Shown: one piece after another, positions 54,701 to 64,000 of the stretch
Numbering within the stretch: the first letter of the stretch is position 1
Layout: each line of letters starts with the position of its first letter
From: an uncultured Clostridia bacterium
GTDB lineage: Bacteria > Bacillota > Clostridia > TANB77 > CAG-508
Direction: 5' to 3'
Assembly (NCBI GenBank): GCA_947632035.1
Contig: CANRNR010000008.1
Location: 3,092 to 67,091 of the forward strand
Length of the DNA stretch: 64,000 nucleotides
The notes under the pieces: generated by a model
The model's input: only the letters and a program-made list of their open reading frames with translations
Database searches by the model: none
What the model was told of the DNA's origin: nothing
Made by a program: the position numbers and the translations under genes

Positions 54701-57700
54701 AGCTTAGATACTACAGAAGGAAGATACCCAACACAAACCGAGCCAAACAAAGTAGGATTAATGATAGCTAAACAATATGACTTAGAATTAATAAAATACC
54801 AAAAAGGAAAAGAAAACACAGTAGCAGGGGCAACATATTTAATCAAAGAAGAAGGAGCAGAAGAAGGAAAAACAAGAATAACAGATACAAGTGGAACATT
54901 AACATTAGAAGACTTATATGTAGATAAAACATATGTAATAAAAGAAATAAAAAGCCCAGCAAACTATGAACTAAATGAATCAGAAATAAAATTTAAAGTA
55001 ACAGAAGAAGATGGAGTATTAAAATTAGTAGATGAAATAACAGTTAATGGAAATGCAAAATCAATAAAGGTAATAGAGCCACAAGATGATGGAAAATATA
55101 AAGTGGAACTACAAGTAGAAGATGAAGTAAAAGCAAATTTAAAAATAGTAAAAACAGCAAAAGGAGTAGGTACACCTTTAAATGGAGTACGATTTAAAAT
55201 AACAGGAAAGAATTGCATAACGACAAATGCAAATGGAGAGGCAACTTTAACAGGATTAAGTATAGGAGAGCAATATACCCTAGAAGAAATAAAAGCAGAT
55301 GGGTATTATTTAGCAAAAAAGATAACATTTATAATAAATAAAAATGATGCAAGCTATACAGTAGAAAAAACAGAAGAAGGCAATCAAAACTTAGTAAAAA
55401 ATGCAGAAATACAAGAAATAGATAATATTCCAACATTAATCTTAAACATAGATAACGAAAAGATACCAGAATATACATTAAAAATAAAGAAAGTAGTAAA
55501 AGGAAAAGATACACCACTAGAAGGAGCAAAATTTAGACTATTTAAAGGAACAGAAAAAGTAGCAGACTACACAACAGATGCAGGTGGAAACATAACAATA
55601 CCAAACTTATACCAATATGAAGAAACAAGAAAAGTAGACCAAACATATACACTAAAAGAATTATTAGCACCAGATGGATATGCACAAGTAAAAGATATAA
55701 CCTTCTATGTAACAAAAACTGCAGAAGGTTCATTAACCATGGAAGTAAAAGAAGGAAAAATAAGAGACTATACAGTAGAAAATGAAAGTAATACAGTAAC
55801 AGTAACAATAGAAGATAGCCCATCATTTAAACTAATAAAGAAAGATGGAGAAACTGATGTGCCACTACCAGGTACAAAATTTGCAATATACAATGTGGAT
55901 GATGGAACAGAACAACTAGCATTAGATAGCAAATATAACATATTAGGACAAAAAGAAGAAATAAATGGAAAAACATACTATACATTAACAACAAACAAAC
56001 AAGGAGAAATAGAAGCAGACTTAAGAGAAGGCTTATACAAAGCAGTAGAAATAAAAACAGAAGATGAAAAATATGAAATAACAAATAATGTATATTACTT
56101 TGGAATAGGAACATCAAGAGAAACAGAAGAAATAATAGCACCAACGTGGGCAACGAGCTTTGGAGAAGATAGTGACTACAGAATGAATTCAGTATTTGCA
56201 ACTAACGATGGAGGATATATAGTAGGAGGATTTTTCAGACGGTGATAGTATAACAGTAGGAGGCTATGAATTAAAGAATAACGGGGCTTCTGATGGACTA
56301 CTAATCAAATATAACAGTAATAATGAGGTCGAATGGGCAACAAGTTTTGGGGGAAGCAGTAATGACTATATATCTTCAGTATCAGAAACCGGTGATGGCG
56401 GGTATATAGTAGGAGGATATTTTAACTCAGAAAGTATAACAGTAGGACATTACAACTTAAAGAATAATAGTAATATTAGTTATGGTACAAATTTTTATTC
56501 AGATGGGTTATTAATCAAGTATAGAGCAGATAATAGCGTCGAATGGGTAACGAGTTTTGGAGGAGATTATAATGACGAAATAACTTCAGTAGCACAAACG
56601 AGTGATGGAGGATATATAGTAGGAGGATACTTTACTAGCGGAATAACAGTAGGAGGCTATGAATTAAAGAATGACGGGGCTTATGATGGACTACTAATCA
56701 AGTATAACAGCTATAATGAGGTCGAATGGGCAACAAGTATTGAGGATAATTCCGAAAACAAGATAAATTCAGTTGCACAAACTAGTGATGGAGAGTATAT
56801 AGTTGGAGGATATTGGGGGGAGAATGCGGCATCAATTGAAGGTAATGACGGGAGCATAAAAATAGGAGACTATACATTTACAAATAATGGATTGACAGAT
56901 GCATTATTAATTAAGTATAGTGATAATGGTGAAGTTAAGTATGCAACAAGTATTGGAGGAAGTGGTTCTGAACAAATAAATACAGTATCAGCAACTAGTG
57001 ATGGAGGATATATAGTAGGAGGATGTTTCTCTATTAGTATAACAGTAGGAGAATATAAATTTAATACTGAAAGTGGTAGTAGAATGGATTATGATGGACT
57101 ACTAATCAAGTATAGTTCAGACAATAGTGTAGAGTGGGCAACGAGTATTGGGGGATATGGACTTGACCAAATTACTTCAGTAGAACGAACTAGTGATGGC
57201 GGGTATATAGTAGGAGGATTTTTTTCTGACATTATAACGGTAGGAGACTATGAATTAAAGAATAACGGGGCTTATGATGGACTACTAATCAAGTATAGCG
57301 CAGACAATAGTGTAGAGTGGACAACTAGTTTTGGAGGAAATCATTCAGATATGTTAGTTTCAGTTGTTCAAACTAAAGATGAAAGTTATATAGTAGGAGG
57401 ATCCTTTGATTCAGATTTTATCAAAGTAGAAGATTACACATTAACTAATAAATCGTCGTACTCTGGTGTATATACTGGATTGCTAATCGAATACGAACAG
57501 AAAGAATTAACAAACCCTGTTGCTATAACTGCTACATCAATAGGAAAAAGTAGTAGTGATCAAATAAATGCAGTAGTTCAAACTAGTGATGGAGGCTATA
57601 TAGTAGGAGGAATAGGAGAAGTAGGTTTAAGAAAATATAGAATTACAAATGAATTGGAATGGTATATATCTGATATAAGTGTTAATTCAGTAGCCGAAAC

Positions 57701-60700
57701 AAATGACCAATGTTATATGGTAGGTGTAGATAATTCCTTAAAGAAATATAATAGTTCAGGAGAATTAGAATGGAATACTACTATATCTAGTGCAACTATA
57801 AATTCAGTATCGTCAACGAGTGATGGAGGATATATAATAGGCGGATATTTCTCTAGTAGTATAACAGTAGGAGACTATGAATTAAAGAATAACGGGGCTT
57901 ATGATGGACTACTAATCAAGTATAACAGCTATAATGAGGTCGAATGGGCAACAAGTTTTGGAGAAAATGGCGATGATAAGGTAACATCAGTATCAGCAAC
58001 GAGTGATGGAGGATATATAGTAGGAGGATATTTTTCTGGTGATGTTATAACAGTAGCAGACTATGAATTGGGTGGTTATAACATGGACATATATTATTCT
58101 GATGGACTACTAATCAAGTATAATAGTAATAATGAAGTCGAATGGGCAACTAGTTTTGGAAGACATAAGGAAGACCAAGTAACTTCAGTCGCACAAACCA
58201 GCGATGGAGGATATATAGTAGGGGGATATTTCAGTTCAAGTTATTTAATGATAGGAGAGTTTGTATTAGAAAATTATTACGCAGATAAGTCTGGATTGCT
58301 AATCAAGTACAATAAGAACGGACAGGTTGAATATGCAACGAATTTTGGAGAAGGTGATAGAAACGAAGTAACTTCCGTATCAGCAACGAGTGATGGAGGA
58401 TATATAGTAGGAGGTTTAATAAGCAGTAATATAACAGTAAGCAATTATGAATTAAATAATAACGGACTTAATGATGGATTACTAATTAAATACAAGCCAA
58501 ATGGGAATCTAAATACTACAGTTAAATATGTAGTAGACTGGGCAAAATCAATAGGAGGAACAGGTAGTGACCAAATTAACTCAGCAGTAGAACTACAAGA
58601 TGGAACAATATTAGCAGGAGGATATTATGACAGCCAAACAATTGAAATAGATGGAAAAACATTAAAAAATAATAGTAGTTCGATTTCATATACGGATGCA
58701 ATGTTATTAAAAATAGCAAATATGACAGGAGTACCAGAAGTAGAAGAGCTAGAAGTTAAAAACTATTTAAAAGAATTTAAGATAACAACAGACGTAGAAG
58801 AAATAAATGGAGAAAAAGGTGGAGGTATTTCAGGAGAAGATTTACCAGCTTATGAAATAGTAAAATATAATAATAACAGTACTGCAGAAATAAAAATGAC
58901 ACCTAAAGATTCTACATATGAAATAATAAAAGTAACAATAAATGGAGTAGAGCAAAGCTTTACACCATCTGGAGATGGGAGTTATACATTAGATAAATTC
59001 CAAAATGTAAAAGAAAATAAACATATAGTAGTAACATATGCAAAAAAATCAAATAAGGTAGTTATTAAAAAAGTAGATAGTAAAACTGAAAGTCCTCTAG
59101 AAGGAGTAAGGTTCAAAATAGACCAAGTAAATGAAGGTGACGTAGATGAGAGCATTCTATACCATGCAACAGCAAAAACAAATAAAGAAGGAAAAATAGT
59201 AACAGAACTACCATATGGAAAATACAGTATAACAGAGGTAAAAACCCCAGATGGCTATGTAAAATTAGAAAATCCAATAGTTATAGATTTTAAAGCAGAT
59301 AGTAAAACAGTAGTAGAAGGTTCAGAAAATGCAAGATATGAGAATGAAGAATACATAATATCAAATACACTTTTATCAAAAGTAACAGTACACCACTATT
59401 TAAAACTAGAAGATGGAACTGAAACAAAGCAAGAAGTAGCACCAGATGACTTCCTATATGGCAAACCAGGAGATACTTATCAAACAAAACCACACTTAGA
59501 GTTACAAAAATATGAATTACAAAAGGATAGTAGTGGAGCATATATAACACCAGAAGAAGCAGGTGGAGAATATAAAGACACAGAAATAGTAGTAACATAT
59601 TACTACACTTTAAAGAAGATACCATTAACTGTACACCACTATATAGTAGGAACAGAAACAAAAGTACCATTAGCAAATGGTAGTGAAGCAGAAGATGAAA
59701 CAAGCTCAGGAACAGAAAACGAAGGTTATACAACAAAGGCGAAAACAGCAGAGGAATTAAATTCAAAATATGAATTTGAGGAAGTAGCAGGAAATGCAGA
59801 AGGTACATACCAATATGAAGAAGTAGTAGTAACATATTATTATGACGTAAAAGATTCACCAGGTGTATTAGTACATCATAAAGAGCAAGGAACAGAAAAT
59901 ACCTTATCAGCAGATGTAACATTACCAGAAGATGGAGATACAGCAAAATATGGAGATCATTATGAAACACATCCAGCAGAAGACATACCAGAAAACTATA
60001 AACTAGTAGTAATACCAAGTAATGCAGAAGGGGACATGACAGATAAGTTAACAGAAGTAACATATGAGTATGAACTAAAAGATCCACAAATAACAAATGA
60101 AAGTATAGAAAAAACAGGTACAGAAAGCATCGAAACAAAAGATGCGGAAGTAAGTTATACTGTAAATTACAATGTAACAGTATCAGAATATATAGGAAGA
60201 GCACAAATAACAATAGTAGATACATTACCATATCCAATAGATTTATCAAGATCAGATTTGGATAAAGGAGAATATAATGCAGAAAATCATACAATTACAT
60301 GGCAAGAAGTAATAGATATTAACACTTATGAAAATGGAGAACCAATAGATGGAAGCGAAGAAAAGGGTATAACATTAACTTATACAAAGAATATAAAAGT
60401 AGTATTTAGCACTATGAATTATACTGGAAAAGAAATAGAAAATAACGTAAATGGAAAGATTAAGTTATATACTCCAGAAAAAGAAAGTGAAACTGTAACA
60501 GATGCAACAACAAAGACTAACTTTACAACAGAAGTAACAGCAGTAAAAGTATGGAATCATAAGAATAGCATATATGAAAAACCATCAAGAGTAAAACTAC
60601 AAGCAATAAGAACTGTAGATGGAGAAGACCAAGTTGTAAAAGATGCTATTGTAACTTTAGCAGACAATAAAGTAGGTGACGATGCAAATAGATGGAGCTA

Positions 60701-63700
60701 TACATTTACAGATTTACCAAAATATGATGATCAAGGAAATGAAATAGAATACAAGATAGGAGAGACAGAAGCAGAACCAGGGGAATTATTATATTATAAT
60801 ACCTCTATTGACCAAGCTCAAAAAACAGTAACAAACACATATAAAGGACCAGTAATAAGCAGTACGAAAGATTCAGCTGGAAAAAATGGAAAAGACTATG
60901 TAGTAGAAGGAGAAACAATAACATATACAATAACAGTAACAAATGATGGAGGAGTAGAAAAAGAGGTAACAGTACAAGATAACATACCAGATGGAACAAC
61001 ATTTGTACCAGGTTCAATAAAAGTAAATGGAAATACTTCATATGAATTAAAAGGAGAAACAGTTGAGTTAGAAGGTAAAGGAATACAAGATTTAGCAGAT
61101 GGAATAAAAGTAAATGTAGGAGCAAATTCAAGTTCAACAGTATCATTTGATGTAATAGTAAAAGACTTAAGTAATAATGAATTTACAAAAGATATAACAA
61201 ATACAGCAACAGTAGATGGAAAAGCAACAGACCCAACGTTAGATACAGTAAAGAAACCAAACATATCATTTGAGAAAAAAGCAGAAATAACAAGAGGAAC
61301 AGCATCATATCAAGAGCATGAAAACGTAATAGAGCCAGCAGATGGTGAAGTAAAAGAAAAGGATATAATCACATACAAGATAGAATTAACAAATAGTGGA
61401 GAAGCAGTAGGAACAGCATTAGTAAAAGATACAATACCAACAGGAACAGAGTTGGTTACAGGAAGTATCAGAGTAACCAATAGTGCAGGAGAACTTAAAG
61501 AAGACTTATCACAAAAAGTAGCAGATGACTTAGAAAAAGGAATCCCAGTAGTAGTAGAAAAAAACGAAACAAAAGTATTAGAGTTTAAAGTAGAAGTAAA
61601 AGATGGAAAGAACTTAGATAAGATAGAAAACAAAGCAAAAGTAAATAACAATAATGAGAAACCAGGAAATCCAGAAGTTGATACAGAAACAGTAACACAT
61701 ACATATGTAGAACCAGTAATAGAACAAACGAAGGTATCAGAACCAACAAATAAAAAAGGATATGTAGTTGAAGGAGAAGTAATTAAATACACAATAACAG
61801 TAACGAATGCTGGAGGATTAGCAAAAGATGTAGTAATAAAAGATGATGTACCAGATGGAACAACATTTAAACAAGGTTCAATTAAAGTAAACGATCAAAG
61901 CTTATATACACTACATAGTAATCAAGTAGATTTAGCACAATATAACGAAGATAACCTAAGCCAAGGAATAACAGTAAATGTACCAAAGAAGAGTGGAGAA
62001 AATAATGGACAAACAACATTAAGCTTTGAAGTAACAGTAAATGACTTAAGTGATAAAGTATTTACAAAAGACATAAAGAACAAAGCAACAGTAGATAATA
62101 ATCAAACAGAAGAAACAACAGACATAGTAAGAAAATCAAATATATTATTTGAAAAGAAAGCAGAAGTAACAAGAGGATTATCATCATGGCAAACAGACGA
62201 AACAAAAATAGATCCAGAAAGCGATAACGAAGTAAAGGCAAATGATACAATCACATACAAGATAATATTAACAAATAGTGGAGAAAAATCAGGAACAGCA
62301 ATAGTAAAAGATACAATTCCAAAAGGAACAGAGTTTGTTGAAAAAAGTATCAGAGTAACTAATAGCGCAGGAGAAACTGAACAAGACTTATCTGGAAAAA
62401 CAGAACAAGACTTAAAAGACGGATTTTCAATAGTTCTAGAAGTAGGAGAAACAAAGACATTAGAGTTTAAAGTTATAGTAAAAGACGTAGAAAATTTAGA
62501 TAAGATAACAAATACAGCAAAAGTAAATAACAATAGTGAGAAGCCAAAAAATCCAGAAAGTGATACAAACACAGTAACCCATACATACGTAGAACCAAAA
62601 ATAAGTCAAACTAAAGAATCAGTAGGTTCAAAAGAACAAGAGTATGTAGTAGAAGGAGAAATAATTACATATACAATAACAGTAACAAATGCTGGAGGAT
62701 TAGGAAAAGACGTAGTAATAAAAGATAATATACCAGCTGGAACAACTTTTGTACCAAATTCAATCAAAGTAAATGGACAAGATACATATTCAATACATGG
62801 AGCTGATGTAAATTTAGCAGATTATGGTGCAGACAACCTAAGCCAAGGAATAACAGTAAATGTACCAAAGAAAACAGGAGAAGATGATGGAAAGACAACA
62901 TTAAGCTTTGATGTAAAAGTAAATGACTTAGAGGATAATGTATTTAAACAAGACATAAAGAACAAAGCAACAGTAGACAAGAATGAAACAGACGAAACAA
63001 CAAATATAGTAAAGAAACCAAACATAGTAGCAAGTAAATCTTTATCTATTACAAGAGGGGTAGCAACATGGCAAACGCCTGAGGCAGAAATAGACCCAGA
63101 AAATAAAGATGAAGTAAAAGAAAATGACCGAATAACATACAAGATTAAATTAGAAAATAAAGGAGAAGCAGTAGGAACAGCAATAGTAAAAGATAGTATA
63201 CCAACTGGAACAGAATTTGTTGCAGGTTCAATTATGGTGGATGGAAAAACAGAGGAAAATGGACAAAACTTAACTGAAAAGACAGCAGACAACTTAGCAA
63301 ATGAAGGAATCTCAGTAGTAGTAGAAAAAGGAAAGACAAAGACATTAGAATTTACTGTAACAGTACAAGATATAACAGACCTACAAAAAATAACAAACAA
63401 AGCAACAGTAAATAACAATAGTGAGAAACCAAATAATCCAGAAAAAGAAACAAACCAAGTAGAAAGTACATATGTAGAACCATTAATAGAACAAAGCAAG
63501 AAATCAGAAACAGCAAATAAGAAAGACTATGTAGTTGAAGGAGAGGTAATTACATATACAATTACTGTAACCAATAAAGGTGGACTTGCAAAAGATGTAG
63601 TAATAAAAGATAATATACCAACCGGAACAACATTTGTAAAAGGTTCAATTAAAGTAAATGGAAAAGACTCATATAAATTAGGAGAAGATACAATACCATT

Positions 63701-64000
63701 AGCAGATAAGGGAGTTCAAGACTTAGAAGATGGAATAACAGTAAATGTACCAAGGAAAGCAAAAGGAACACAAAATGACAATGGAATTATGCAAGAAGGA
63801 AAAGACGGACAAGTAACATTAAGCTTTGCAGTAACAGTAAACAACTTAGAAGATAATATATTTACCACAGACATAAAGAATACTGCAACAGTAGATAATA
63901 ATCAAACAGGAGAAACAAAAGATGTAGTAAAGAAACCAAATATATCATTTAGAAAAGAAGCAGAAATAACAAGAGGAACGACATCATATCAAGAGTCTGG
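51743..64000 (+). CDS. Giant surface adhesin, partial (SpaA/Cna-B-like domains, beta-propeller-like repeats, MucBP-like and DUF11-like repeats); continuous if the extra C at 56240 is skipped
   Basis: ATG 51743 after GGAGG; TM segment; L.GA.F...T...G...Y..KE..AP.GY domains. After AGA c GGT the +1 frame stays open from 56241 to the window end, with (T/S)DGGYIVGG.F repeats, V.VHHY...YYY domains and ITYTITVTN.GG...KD.IP.GT.FV.GSI repeats. Confidence 0.85.

Overview
Very AT-rich chromosomal segment of a Clostridia-like Firmicute (lineage inferred from gene content and composition, not determined). The left half is mostly housekeeping: comM/yifB-dprA-yraN, a GH25-LysM muramidase, a NitT/TauT-type ABC transporter, a DUF4160/DUF2442 pair with two orphan ORFs, nrdD-nrdG-prs, rpsU-yqeY, rluD, rluB, a VirD4/TraG-like ATPase, a MurJ/SpoVB-like flippase, hup, alr, a D-aspartate-ligase-like ATP-grasp enzyme, a sortase and trmL. 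The right half is a surface-protein island: two giant dockerin-bearing proteins, an LPQTG-anchored cohesin protein, a Fic protein whose likely antitoxin lies 20 kb away, and a giant pilin/propeller/DUF11 adhesin running off the window. Main finding: four genes (comM twice, the ABC permease, prs, the giant adhesin) are broken at exactly the same signal, an in-frame CGG codon. At each of the five sites, skipping the C (reading C-GGN as Gly, +1 frame) restores the expected glycine and the downstream frame. By eye I found no in-frame CGG in the intact conserved genes. This points to a codon-triggered +1 recoding (CGG-N read as Gly) that I do not know to be described in bacteria. Caveats: a systematic sequencing artefact is not excluded, and three in-frame CGG codons in two orphan ORFs are apparently not shifted. 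Secondary findings: a two-copy structured RNA/REP-like element with covarying stems, non-ATG (ATA/CTG) starts, and a non-cellulosomal cohesin-dockerin-sortase display system.
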